In this document: positions 22,616 to 32,232 of the stretch, piece after piece
Numbering within the stretch: the stretch's first letter is position 1
How the letters are laid out: each line of letters opens with the position of its first letter
Assembly (NCBI GenBank): GCA_041984235.1
Contig: JBHIYN010000005.1
Location: 195,083 to 259,082 of the forward strand
Source: Gammaproteobacteria bacterium
GTDB lineage: Bacteria; Pseudomonadota; Gammaproteobacteria; Ga0077536
Direction of reading: 5' to 3'
Length of the DNA: 64,000 nt
Program-made: the position numbers and the translations under genes
The notes under the pieces: model-generated
What the model saw: only the letters and a program-made list of their open reading frames with translations
The model's database searches: none
What the model was told of the DNA's origin: nothing

Positions 22616-24098
22616 GACAGGTGTCGTGACGGCGATCGCCATGCTGCTCATCGGGGTTGCCGGCGGATATACCTACTCGCTGTACTTTCCCCCGACTCTC
22701 GACGGCGTGAAGCCCGAAGCACCGGCGCGCACGCCTTTGTTCTATCGCAATCCGATGGACCCGTCCGTGACGTCGCCGGTTCCGGCGAAGGATGGCATGG
22801 GCATGGACTACGTGCCCGTGTATGCAGACGCGGACAACCCGCCGGAAGAACGCAAAATCCTGTTCTATCGAAACCCGATGAATCCGGCCGTTACCTCGCC
22901 CGTGCCGGCCACGGACGCCATGGGCATGGACTATGTCCCCGTCTACGCCGACGGGGACAGGGGCGATGCACCGGCCGGCACCGTTTCGATCGATCCCGTC
23001 GTGGTACAGAACATCGGGGTACGCACCGCCGTCGCCCGACAGGATAGCCTGAGTCGTTCGGTGCGCACGGTAGGACGGATCGCCTTCGACGAGGAACGCC
23101 TGTTCCGCCTTCATCCCAAGGTCGAGGGCTGGATCGAGGAGATTCGCGTCGACAAGACGGGGCAGACCGTGCGCCAGGACGAGATACTGCTGAGCATCTA
23201 CGCGCCCAAGCTGGTGACCGCTCAGCAGGAATACCTGCTGGCGCTGAACAGTCTCGAGGTGCTGCGTGACAGTCCGTTCGAGGATATCCGGCGGGGCGCC
23301 GAGGAGCTCGCAGAAAGCTCGCGTTACCGCCTGACGCTGCTCGATGTGCCCGAGCACCAGATCAGGGAACTCGAGGCCGACCGCAGGATCAAGAAGCGCC
23401 TTCATATTCACGCGCCACAGCGGGGAACGGTCATCTCGATCGGGGCTCGGGCCGGGCAGCACGTAACCCCCGGCACCGAGCTATACACGCTGGTCGATCT
23501 CAGTCAGGTCTGGGTTTATGCCGATATCTATGACTACGAAATGCCCTGGGTGCAGGTCGGTGATGCGGTCGCAATGACCCTGGCGAGTGTTCCCGGTCGA
23601 ACGTTCGAAGGCTCAGTCTCGTATATTTACCCCTACGCGGAATCCCGGACACGCACGACGAAGGTCCGGCTGGTCTTCGATAACAACCGGCTCCTGCTGC
23701 GCCCGGACATGTTGGCCGACGTTGTCATCAAGTCCGATCGGCGAGAGAACGCCATCGTCATCCCCGCCGAAGCCATCGTCCGCTCGGGTGAGCGCACGCT
23801 GGTCTTCGTCCAGCGAGCGCCTGGCAAGTTCGAGCCGCGCGAGATCACGCCCGGCATGGAGGCGGACGGCTTGGTAGCGGTGTCGAGTGGCGTGGCCGCG
23901 GGAGAAGAGGTCGTAACCTCAGCGCAGTTCCTCCTCGATTCGGAATCGAAGTTGCGCGAAGCCACAGCAAAGATGCTGGAAACCCAGGCAGCAGGAGAGG
24001 ACTCCATCGAGGGAGAAGTGAGCATGCCCTCAAATAGTGAAACTACGACAAGCGACTCGACTTCCCCAAGCCACGACAGCACGCACGTGCATGATTGA
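22608..24098 (+). CDS. cusB: HME-RND periplasmic adaptor (membrane fusion protein; CusB/SilB-like) with a tandem, cysteine-free N-terminal metal-binding-domain-like repeat
   Basis: 496 aa from MSRTGVVTAIAMLLIGVAGG (ATG verified at 22608, overlapping ATGAGTAG). Two repeats LFYRNPM(D/N)P(S/A)VTSPVPA(K/T)D(G/A)MGMDYVPVYAD precede a typical MFP body (...HPKVEGWIEEIRV...). Confidence 0.85.
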   Translation: MSRTGVVTAIAMLLIGVAGGYTYSLYFPPTLDGVKPEAPARTPLFYRNPMDPSVTSPVPAKDGMGMDYVPVYADADNPPEERKILFYRNPMNPAVTSPVPATDAMGMDYVPVYADGDRGDAPAGTVSIDPVVVQNIGVRTAVARQDSLSRSVRTVGRIAFDEERLFRLHPKVEGWIEEIRVDKTGQTVRQDEILLSIYAPKLVTAQQEYLLALNSLEVLRDSPFEDIRRGAEELAESSRYRLTLLDVPEHQIRELEADRRIKKRLHIHAPQRGTVISIGARAGQHVTPGTELYTLVDLSQVWVYADIYDYEMPWVQVGDAVAMTLASVPGRTFEGSVSYIYPYAESRTRTTKVRLVFDNNRLLLRPDMLADVVIKSDRRENAIVIPAEAIVRSGERTLVFVQRAPGKFEPREITPGMEADGLVAVSSGVAAGEEVVTSAQFLLDSESKLREATAKMLETQAAGEDSIEGEVSMPSNSETTTSDSTSPSHDSTHVHD

Positions 24099-27000
24099 GG
24101 GCATCATCAATGCGTCCCTGCGCGATCGGCTCATGGTGCTGATCGCGGCCGGCATCATCGCAGTGGCCGGCTTCTACGCATACCAGAGCACCCCGCTCGA
24201 TGCCATTCCGGACCTGTCGGACGTGCAGGTCATCGTGTTCACCAAATACCCCGGGCAGTCGCCGCAGGTCGTCGAGGACCAGGTCACCTACCCGCTCACC
24301 ACCTCCATGCTCGCGGTGCCCCGTACCAAGGTGGTCAGGGGCTATTCGTTCTTCGGCCTGTCGTTCGTCTACGTCATCTTCGAGGACGGCACGGACATGT
24401 ACTGGGCCCGTTCGCGGGTGCTCGAGTCGCTCAACTATGTCAGCGGTCGGCTGCCCTCCGGGGTAACGCCGACGCTGGGCCCGGATGCAACGGGTGTCGG
24501 CTGGATTTACGAGTACGCGCTCGTCGATCGCAGCGGTAAACACGACCTCGCGCAGCTGCGCTCGATCCAGGACTGGTACCTGCGCTATCCGCTGCAGACG
24601 GTACAGGGAGTTGCCGAGGTCGCGTCGATCGGCGGCTACGTCAAGCAGTACCAGGTGGAGGTCGATCCGAACGCCCTGCTGCGATTCAACATCCCCCTCA
24701 GCACCGTCAGGATGGCCATCAGCATGTCCAACCAGGACGTCGGCGGGCGCCTGGTGGAGATCTCCGAGACGGAGTACATGGTGCGAGGTCTGGGGTATAT
24801 CGAGGGTCTGCAGGACCTGAGGCAGGTGCCGGTCGCAGTCGACGACGAAGGTACACCGGTGCGGCTCGAGGACGTGGCAAACGTGCAGATCGGACCGGAG
24901 CTGCGCCGCGGTCTGGCCGATCTGAACGGCGAAGGCGAGGTCGCTGGCGGCGTCGTGATCATGCGCTTCGGCGACAATGCGCTGGCAACGATCCGCGCCG
25001 TCAGAACCAAGCTGGACGAACTGCGCGACGGGCTGCCCGCCGGGGTCGAGATCGTGCCTGTCTATGACCGCGGCGATCTGATCGAGCGCGCCGTGGACAG
25101 CCTCACGACCTCGCTGATCCAGGAGCTGGTCATAGTCAGCGTCGTGGTGATCGTGTTCCTGGTGCACGTCCGATCGGCGTTGGTCGCGATTCTGACCTTG
25201 CCGCTCGGAATTCTGATGGCTTTCATCATCATGCGCCTCCAGGGCCTGAATGCCAACATCATGTCCCTCGGCGGAATTGCGATCACGATCGGGACGATGG
25301 TCGACGGTGCCATCGTCATGGTCGAGAACGGCCACAGCCGGCTGGCCGAGGCCCGAGAACGCGCAGGCCGGGACCTCGAGGGCGAGGAACGCTGGAAAGT
25401 GATCGGGTCCTCGTGCCGCGAGGTGGGCCCTGCGCTGTTTTTCTCCCTGCTCGTGATCACGATATCGTTTCTACCCATCTTCACGATGCAGGCCCAGGAA
25501 GGTCGCCTGTTCAAGCCGCTGGCCTTCACCGCTACCTACGCCATGGCGGCATCCGCGATCCTGGCGGTGAGCCTGGTTCCGGTAATGATGGGCTACTTCG
25601 TGCGCGGCCGGATCGTCTCGGAGCAGGCGAATCCGATTAATCGGCTGCTTCATCTTCTGCATCGCCCGGTCCTGAGCCTTGCGATGCGTTGGCGACTCGC
25701 CACGATCGTTCTGGCGACATTGGTCCTGGCGGGGACGTATTACCCCTATTCGAGACTCGGCAGCGAGTTCATGCCCCCGCTGGATGAGGGCGACATCCTC
25801 TACATGCCGACGACATTTCCCGGCATTTCGATTACCAAGGCCAGGGAGCTGCTGCAGCAGACGGACAGGATCCTGTCCACCTTCCCGGAGGTACACCACG
25901 TGTTCGGCAAGGTCGGGCGAGCCGAGTCCGCGACCGATGCGGCGCCGCTCGCAATGATCGAGACCACCGTGCGACTGCGTCCCAGGGAGCAATGGCCTGA
26001 CCCGGACAAGTCGACACGTGGGCTCATGAACGAGATGGACCGGGCCCTTCAGTTTCCGGGCCTGGCAAACGCCTGGACGATGCCCATCAAGACGCGCATC
26101 GACATGCTCTCGACCGGCATCAAGACACCGATCGGCATCAAGGTGTCCGGACCTGACCTGGCGGTGCTGCAGGCAGTCTCGCAGGACATCGAGCAGGCCA
26201 TGAAGACGCTGCCCGAGACCACCTCGGCATTCGGTGATCGTGCAGTCGGAGGGTACTACCTCGACTTCGACATCGATCGCGAAGCCGCGGCGCGCTATGG
26301 CCTCACGGTCGGCGCCGTGCAGGACGTCATTCAGACCGCCATCGGCGGCATGAACATCACGGAAACTGTCGAGGGCCTCGAACGCTACCCCGTGAATCTG
26401 CGCTACCCGCGCGAGCTTCGCGACAACCTGGAAGCGCTCAAGCGGGTCCTGGTCCCCACTCCGATCGGCGCCCAGATCCCGATGGCCTTGCTCGCCGATA
26501 TTCGCTACGAGCGCGGCCCACCGGTGATCAAGAGCGAAGGCGCTCGCCCGAATGCCTGGATCTACGTCGACATTTCCACTTCCGACATCGGCGGATTCGT
26601 CGCGCGAGCGAAGGAGGCAGTGGAGCGCCAGGTGACGATACCCCCAGGGTACACACTCGCCTGGTCGGGTCAGTTCGAGTACATGGAGCGCGCAGCGGCT
26701 CGGCTGAGAATCGTGGCGCCGGCCACTTTGCTGATCATCTTCCTGCTCCTGTACATCAACTTTCGTAACCTGTACGAGCCCTTGATCGTGATGCTGTCGA
26801 TTCCGTTCGCCCTGGTCGGAGGAATCTGGTTCGTGTATCTGAACGACTACAACCTGTCGGTGGCGGTAGCGGTCGGATTCATCGCCCTGGCCGGGATGGC
26901 AGCCGAGATTGGCGTGCTCGTGCTGAGCTTCATCGACGTCGAGATTGCTGCGCGCCGGTCCGATCGGAGCGCGCCGCTCAGTGTCGGAACGATTCGTGAG

Positions 27001-27282
27001 GCCGTTGTGGCAGCAACCGCCCAGCGCGTCCGGCCCGTCGCCATGACGGCCATCTCGACGATGGCGGGACTCGTTCCCATCATGGTCAGCGACGCAACCG
27101 GATCCGACGTCACCCATCGCATCGCCGCACCGATGTTGGGCGGCATGGTGACGGTCATGGTCCTCAACCTCCTCGTGCTTCCGGTCATCTACAGTTTCGT
27201 GCTGCAGGCGCGGGAACGTCCGGGCTCCTCCCGGCAGGCAGGCGAGGCGTCGGGGTCGCGCGCCGAGGATCCCATGGCCTGA
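24091..27282 (+). CDS. cusA: HME-RND heavy-metal efflux pump, inner-membrane subunit (CusA/CzcA family)
   Basis: 1063 aa from MIEGIINASLRDRLMVLIAAG, the CusA-type N-terminus. 12 TM helices and large periplasmic loops. Overlaps the cusB end by 8 nt. Confidence 0.9.
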   Translation: MIEGIINASLRDRLMVLIAAGIIAVAGFYAYQSTPLDAIPDLSDVQVIVFTKYPGQSPQVVEDQVTYPLTTSMLAVPRTKVVRGYSFFGLSFVYVIFEDGTDMYWARSRVLESLNYVSGRLPSGVTPTLGPDATGVGWIYEYALVDRSGKHDLAQLRSIQDWYLRYPLQTVQGVAEVASIGGYVKQYQVEVDPNALLRFNIPLSTVRMAISMSNQDVGGRLVEISETEYMVRGLGYIEGLQDLRQVPVAVDDEGTPVRLEDVANVQIGPELRRGLADLNGEGEVAGGVVIMRFGDNALATIRAVRTKLDELRDGLPAGVEIVPVYDRGDLIERAVDSLTTSLIQELVIVSVVVIVFLVHVRSALVAILTLPLGILMAFIIMRLQGLNANIMSLGGIAITIGTMVDGAIVMVENGHSRLAEARERAGRDLEGEERWKVIGSSCREVGPALFFSLLVITISFLPIFTMQAQEGRLFKPLAFTATYAMAASAILAVSLVPVMMGYFVRGRIVSEQANPINRLLHLLHRPVLSLAMRWRLATIVLATLVLAGTYYPYSRLGSEFMPPLDEGDILYMPTTFPGISITKARELLQQTDRILSTFPEVHHVFGKVGRAESATDAAPLAMIETTVRLRPREQWPDPDKSTRGLMNEMDRALQFPGLANAWTMPIKTRIDMLSTGIKTPIGIKVSGPDLAVLQAVSQDIEQAMKTLPETTSAFGDRAVGGYYLDFDIDREAAARYGLTVGAVQDVIQTAIGGMNITETVEGLERYPVNLRYPRELRDNLEALKRVLVPTPIGAQIPMALLADIRYERGPPVIKSEGARPNAWIYVDISTSDIGGFVARAKEAVERQVTIPPGYTLAWSGQFEYMERAAARLRIVAPATLLIIFLLLYINFRNLYEPLIVMLSIPFALVGGIWFVYLNDYNLSVAVAVGFIALAGMAAEIGVLVLSFIDVEIAARRSDRSAPLSVGTIREAVVAATAQRVRPVAMTAISTMAGLVPIMVSDATGSDVTHRIAAPMLGGMVTVMVLNLLVLPVIYSFVLQARERPGSSRQAGEASGSRAEDPMA

Positions 27283-27772
27283 TCCGCGGCCGGACCCGGC
27301 CTTGCCCGCGCACGGACTGCGCACACCGGAGGACGCTGGTTACCGCGCCCGCTTTCGCCCTGGTGAGCGATGAACACACCGATCATGGGCGAACGTTCAT
27401 GCATTCCTCGGGAAAAGCCGGGCTCGACGTCTGGTACGACTGGTATTGGAAAGGATGCGCGGGTTCGGCTACCGCTACAGGCACCGGCTTCCCGGCTCCC
27501 CGCGTCTGCTGCCGTAACCGGCGGGCTCGTCGGCAGGTGCTCGTCTTCGGGATCGCAGCGCGGGCCGACCGCAGCCGGTGCCCGGGACATTCCGCCCGCC
27601 GGAGCGATGGCAGATCTTTCTCTGGCCGTGACTTTCCTGCACATGCCAATCCGGAGCCGCCAGGCATACCTCGCGCAGACGCGTCCCGATACACCGGTAC
27701 GCATCTTGCTTGTCGAGTGACTGAACACTGAATACACGTAGCGCAGCCGAACGTGGCTGCGGAGGAGCACCA

Positions 27773-28522
27773 ATGAACGCGACCGCAATTCTGTATCGCA
27801 TGGTTACCGACGAGCACGTCTGCCCATATGGCCTCAAGGCCAGGCACCTGCTGCGCAGAAACGGATACGAGGTCGACGACAGGAAGCTGACCTCGCGCGA
27901 GGAGGCCGAGTCGTTCAAGCGCCGCGAGGGCGTCGATACCACGCCCCAGGCGTTCGTGGATGGCGAGCGTATCGGCGGCTACGAGGACGTCCGGCGATTT
28001 CTCGACCAGGGCGGCGAAGTGGCCGAGGACGACGAGACGACCTATCAGCCCGTCGTTGCCGTTTTCGCCACCACCTTCCTCATGGCCCTGGCGGCAGCCT
28101 GGGCCATGACCGGCGAGGTCTGGACGATGAAGGCGGCGGAATGGTTCGTGGCGTTCTCGATGTGCGTGCTCGCCATCCTGAAGCTCCGCGATCTCGAGAG
28201 CTTCTCCCTGCAGTTCCTGAACTATGACCTGCTCGCGCAGCGATACGTGCCTTACGCGTACTTCTATCCGTTTGCCGAGGCCGCGGCCGGCGTGCTGATG
28301 ATCGCCGGTGCCGTTATCGCGGTGGCGGCGCCGCTGGCCCTTTTCATCGGCACGGTGGGCGCCGTTTCGGTGGCGAAGGCGGTCTACGTGGACAAGCGCG
28401 AGCTGCGCTGCGCGTGCGTCGGCGGAAACTCCAACGTCCCGCTGGGCGCGATTTCGCTGACCGAGAACCTCATGATGATGGCCATGGGCACGTGGATGCT
28501 GGCCTCGCGCGTCGTTGCCTAG
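27773..28522 (+). CDS. glutaredoxin-domain / MauE-DoxX-like membrane-domain fusion protein
   Basis: 249 aa. The N-terminus has a Grx fold (CPYG active-site motif, ...TTPQAFVDGERIGGYEDV). The C-terminus has four hydrophobic helices with a CACVGG motif, as in MauE-family thiol-redox membrane proteins. An RBS-like GGAGGAG lies 9 nt upstream. Confidence 0.7.
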   Translation: MNATAILYRMVTDEHVCPYGLKARHLLRRNGYEVDDRKLTSREEAESFKRREGVDTTPQAFVDGERIGGYEDVRRFLDQGGEVAEDDETTYQPVVAVFATTFLMALAAAWAMTGEVWTMKAAEWFVAFSMCVLAILKLRDLESFSLQFLNYDLLAQRYVPYAYFYPFAEAAAGVLMIAGAVIAVAAPLALFIGTVGAVSVAKAVYVDKRELRCACVGGNSNVPLGAISLTENLMMMAMGTWMLASRVVA

Positions 28523-28532
28523 CGGCGCGCGC

Positions 28533-28560
28533 GGAGCCGGGCCCTTCCCGGCTCGGGCCC
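28533..28560. terminator. GC-rich hairpin between convergent genes (grx-mauE and pcoB)
   Basis: gagccgggcccttcccggctc forms a 7-bp stem (GAGCCGG/CCGGCTC). It sits in a 105-bp convergent intergenic gap with no U-tract, so it could act as a bidirectional intrinsic-like terminator. Confidence 0.3.
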
Positions 28561-28627
28561 GGTGCACAGCCGGGCGGAACGCCGGCCGACCGTCGGACCG
28601 GGCGCTGGCACCGCGAGGACCGGGCCG

Positions 28628-29368
28628 TCAGAACCAGAACCGCACGCCGGCGACGACGGCGGTAATCGACGCCGGCTCCCCGGCCCGGCGCGCGATGTCC
28701 CGCGTCTCGCCGTGCAGGCGCTCCCACGAAATACCGATATAAGGCGCGAACTCGCGGCGGACCTGGTAGCGCAGGCGCAGCCCGAGTTCGGTCGCGTTGA
28801 GACCGCTGCCGCGGTCCACCTGCGGGATGTCGGAGAAGGCCGCGTTGAGCTCCAGGCGCGGCTGCAGCACGAGGCGCTGGGTAATGTTGACGTTGTACTC
28901 GACCTCCAGTCGTGCCGTGACCTCGCCGTCCTCGTCGATGAACAGTGCGCTGTCGAGCTCGAACTCGTAGGGAACCACGCCCTGGATGCCGAGCACCGCG
29001 TGCGTCAGCTCGGGGTTCGGGCTGAAGTCGTGACGCAATCCCACCTGCCAGTCCCAGAACGGCGCGATCAACCGGCTGTAGAGCAGCTGCAGCTCGGCGC
29101 TCTCGGGCGTGTGCCCGAACTCGCCTTCGCCCTCCGTCTTGACCCAGGCCCGGTTGCGCCCGCTGCCATACCAGCCCTGCACGTCCCACACGTAGCCATC
29201 GACCTCGTCGGCGAAGCGCGTCTCGACCCGATCGCCGAGCAACATGCCGTAATGGGTGTGGTGCATGGGGGACGGCCAGTCGTCCGGCGTTCCGGCCGGG
29301 TCGTAGGCGGGCGCCTGAAGTGCGGCGGTCAGCGCGGCGAGCCCCGCAAGATAATGCACGGACTTCAT
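28628..29368 (-). CDS. pcoB: copper resistance protein B (outer-membrane beta-barrel)
   Basis: 246 aa from MKSVHYLAGLAALTAALQAPA (signal peptide). CopB-like body with a conserved C-terminal ...VAGVRFWF. The CAT was verified at 29366-29368. Confidence 0.85.
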   Translation of the reverse strand: MKSVHYLAGLAALTAALQAPAYDPAGTPDDWPSPMHHTHYGMLLGDRVETRFADEVDGYVWDVQGWYGSGRNRAWVKTEGEGEFGHTPESAELQLLYSRLIAPFWDWQVGLRHDFSPNPELTHAVLGIQGVVPYEFELDSALFIDEDGEVTARLEVEYNVNITQRLVLQPRLELNAAFSDIPQVDRGSGLNATELGLRLRYQVRREFAPYIGISWERLHGETRDIARRAGEPASITAVVAGVRFWF

Positions 29369-31188
29369 GCGGAGCCCTCCTGATTGACCCGCACGACCCG
29401 GAACATGCCCATCTCCATGTGGTAGAGCAGGTGGCAGTGGAACGCCCAGCGGCCTGGCGCATCGGCCGTGATCAGGGCGGATACCCGCGCCGCGGGCATC
29501 ACGTTGATGGTGTGCTTGCGCGGGATACGCCGGCCGTGTCCGTTCTCCAGCTCCATCCACATGCCGTGCAGGTGTATGGGGTGGTTCATCATCGTGTCGT
29601 TGACCAGGATGAGGCGCAGGCGCTCCTGGTGGTAGAACTCGATCGGGCCGTCGACCTCGTGGAACTGCTTGCCGTCGAACGACCACATGTAGCGCTCCAT
29701 GTGCCCGGTCAGGTGCAGCTCGATCTCCCGGCCCGGTTCGCGGTCGTCGAAGCGGTCGTCGCGGCGGACGAGGTCGCGGTACACGAGTACGCGGTGCGGC
29801 ACGCCGACGAGACCGGTGCCACGCTCGCCCAGCCGGTCGCGCTGGAGCTGCGCGACACTGATGTTGCCGGGGCCGTGGTCATCCTCGTCGTGGCGCGCGA
29901 CGACCGGCCCGAACCCGTTCATGTCAGCCATCGCCATGCCGGCATGACCGCCATGGCCGGCGTGCCCTGCGTGGGCGCCCGCACCGCCAGCGGTGCCGCC
30001 AGCCGCGTCGTGCCCGCCTTCTCCGCCGCCGTGCATCTGCATGTCCATGCCCATGTCGACCATGTCCAGCAACGGGCGCGGCCTGAGCGGGGGGATTGGC
30101 GCCGACAGGCCCGGCGCGGTGGCGAGGGTACCGGCAGCATAGCCGCTGCGATCCATGCTCTCGGCCATCACCGTGTAGGCGACCTCACCGCGCGGCTCGA
30201 CGACGACGTCGTAGGTCTCGGCAACGCCGATCTGGAATTCGTCGGTCTCGACCGGCTCGACCGGCTGGCCGTCCGCCGCGACCACCGTCATCGCCAGCCC
30301 CGGAATGCGCACGTTGAAGAACGACATCGCCGAGCCGTTGATGAAGCGCAGGCGCACGCGCTCGCCCGGGGCGAACAGGCCGGTCCAGTTACCGGCCGGG
30401 TGCAGGCCGTTCATGAGGTAGGTGTAGGTAGCACCGGTCACGTCGGCGATGTCGGTTGGCATCATGCGCATGCGATCCCACGCCAGCTTGGTCTGCCACG
30501 CTTCGCGCGCCGTCATGTCGCCGGTCGCGAACAGGGAGCTCGCCGTGAACTGCTGGAAGTTGTAGTAGTCGCTCATCTTCTTGAGCTTGGCCAGCACCCG
30601 GTACGGGTCCTCGAAAGTCCAGTCCGTCAGCATGACGACGTAATCCCGATCACAGGCGACGGGATCGGGCTCGCGCGGGTGCACGACGAGCGGGCCGTAC
30701 ACGCCGGATTGCTCCTGCAGGCCGGAGTGGCTGTGGTACCAGTAGGTGCCGCTCTGGACGACGGGGAAACGGTAGCGAAACGTCTCTCCGGGGGCGATAC
30801 CGTGGAAGGTGACGCCGGGAACGCCGTCCATCTCGAACGGCAGCAGGATGCCGTGCCAGTGGATCGAGGTGGACTCGCCGAGGTGGTTGGTCACGTCGAG
30901 GATGACTTCACGCCCTTCCTGCCACTCGAGCAGGGGCCCGGGGACTGAGTCGTTGATCGTCATCGCCTGCCCGATACCGCCTGCGATATCGAGACGCTGC
31001 CCGCGTATTGCCAGCTCGAACCGGAGCGGCCCCGACGACGCGCGAAGGCCCCCTCGTGAAACCGGTGCGCCGTGGACCCAGCCCGGCAGCATATTGCCCA
31101 CGCCGAAGGCCGCAGTGCCCGCCAGAGCCTGCCGGACGAAACGGCGCCGGCTTTCGAGTGTTGCACCGGGCTGATGAGAACGTGACAT
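29365..31188 (-). CDS. pcoA: periplasmic multicopper oxidase CopA/PcoA (Tat-exported) with a Met/His-rich segment
   Basis: 607 aa from MSRSHQPGATLESRRRFVRQ (Tat motif). Cu-binding motifs HWHG, HSH, HPIHLHG and HCHLLYHMEMGM. Methionine-rich insert MDMQMHGGGEGGH...HAGHAGHGGHAGMAMADM. Overlaps the pcoB start by 4 nt. Confidence 0.9.
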   Translation of the reverse strand: MSRSHQPGATLESRRRFVRQALAGTAAFGVGNMLPGWVHGAPVSRGGLRASSGPLRFELAIRGQRLDIAGGIGQAMTINDSVPGPLLEWQEGREVILDVTNHLGESTSIHWHGILLPFEMDGVPGVTFHGIAPGETFRYRFPVVQSGTYWYHSHSGLQEQSGVYGPLVVHPREPDPVACDRDYVVMLTDWTFEDPYRVLAKLKKMSDYYNFQQFTASSLFATGDMTAREAWQTKLAWDRMRMMPTDIADVTGATYTYLMNGLHPAGNWTGLFAPGERVRLRFINGSAMSFFNVRIPGLAMTVVAADGQPVEPVETDEFQIGVAETYDVVVEPRGEVAYTVMAESMDRSGYAAGTLATAPGLSAPIPPLRPRPLLDMVDMGMDMQMHGGGEGGHDAAGGTAGGAGAHAGHAGHGGHAGMAMADMNGFGPVVARHDEDDHGPGNISVAQLQRDRLGERGTGLVGVPHRVLVYRDLVRRDDRFDDREPGREIELHLTGHMERYMWSFDGKQFHEVDGPIEFYHQERLRLILVNDTMMNHPIHLHGMWMELENGHGRRIPRKHTINVMPAARVSALITADAPGRWAFHCHLLYHMEMGMFRVVRVNQEGSA

Positions 31189-31339
31189 GAGCGCTCCTCG
31201 TGAATTTTTCGCCGCGCGGCAGAACATTGGCGGCGGATCGATGATGTTGAACAGGTTACGCGCCGTGCGGCTCAGCGGCTTTCCTGCGACGGTCCGCGTG
31301 CTGCTGCCAGCCGAATAGCCGCGAGCGTCCTGCCGACGA

Positions 31340-31386
31340 TGAATCACGCGACGATTCGTTCTGCGATTCGTTCTGCGATGCGTTCA
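31340..31386. repeat. tandem 12-bp direct repeats (GATTCGTTCTGC x2 plus a degenerate third copy) in the pcoA upstream region
   Basis: cgattcgttctgcgattcgttctgcgatgcgttcatgg lies 150-200 bp upstream of the pcoA start codon. Confidence 0.5.
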
Positions 31387-31708
31387 TGGCGCCTTGCCCG
31401 CGCAATCCCTCCGGCACATCGCGGTCACTAAACGGGGCTGCGTTTTCGGCTCCTGGTCGAAGTCGAAGGTATCGTTGAGGAAAGTTGGCGGTGCCATCCC
31501 GGATCTGGGGGTCCGCTGGCCCCCGGCCCGGTCAGGGACGGCGGCAACCGCGTCGGCGCGCGCACGGACTCCGGCGAGACCGGGCTTCCCGCGCAAACCG
31601 CCGCGACGGCGACATCCAGCCTCAGCGCGTGCGGCGATGTGGGCGGCGATGCCGGGCCCGCCTGCACGACCGCCGCCCGCGACAGCGACCTGCGGGGCAA
31701 GCGCGCGA

Positions 31709-32161
31709 TCATTTCCAGGCAGCCCCACACGCGCCGCGATCCCGTGACTGATGCGTGGCAGGCACCCCATTGCGGATCACCGGACACTGCGCGGACTCGT
31801 CACGGCCGCACCCGGATTGGTCCCAGCCCGCGACGAGACGCTCCATGCACCGGGCCATTTCCTCGAGCGCGGTAATCTCACGGCGTATATCTGCGAGACG
31901 TGCCCGAACGCTCTGCCGCAGACGCGCGCAGCATTGCGAGGTCCCGGCACGCTGGCGGTCGAGCATGTCACGGATGTCGGTGAGCCTCAGTCCGCACGCC
32001 TGTGCATCACGGATGAAACCGATTCTTTCCACCTCACGGGATTCGAAGCGACGATAGCCGTTCGGTTCGCGTGTCACCGGGCGCACGAGCCCGATACGGG
32101 CGTAGTAGCGCACCACCTCGGGCTTCTCCCCGGCAGCGCGCGCGAGATCCTTGAGCAACAT
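31709..32161 (-). CDS. MerR-family metal-responsive transcriptional regulator (Cys-rich C-terminus)
   Basis: 150 aa. N-terminal MerR HTH (MLLKDLARAAGEKPEVVRYYARIGLVRP...NGYRRF). A dimerisation helix, then Cys residues (CC...C...CGRDESAQC) typical of metal-sensing MerR proteins. Confidence 0.8.
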   Translation of the reverse strand: MLLKDLARAAGEKPEVVRYYARIGLVRPVTREPNGYRRFESREVERIGFIRDAQACGLRLTDIRDMLDRQRAGTSQCCARLRQSVRARLADIRREITALEEMARCMERLVAGWDQSGCGRDESAQCPVIRNGVPATHQSRDRGACGAAWK

Positions 32162-32232
32162 ATGGCACCTCCACGACGAGAAAGTCCCGGCCGCGGCGGA
32201 CGCCGCGCCGGCCAGTCACGTGAGGTGTCTGC

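Noticed and set aside
27283-27772. 490-bp gap between cusA and grx-mauE containing two overlapping ORFs of 116-122 aa
   Set aside because: The translations (for example MSDEHTDHGRTFMHSSGKAGLDVWYDWYWKGCAGS...) lack signal, TM or known motifs and overlap each other in different frames. The gap is more likely a promoter/5'UTR region for grx-mauE. The short hairpin cgcagccgaacgtggctgcg sits just before its RBS. A small gene or sRNA cannot be excluded without expression data.
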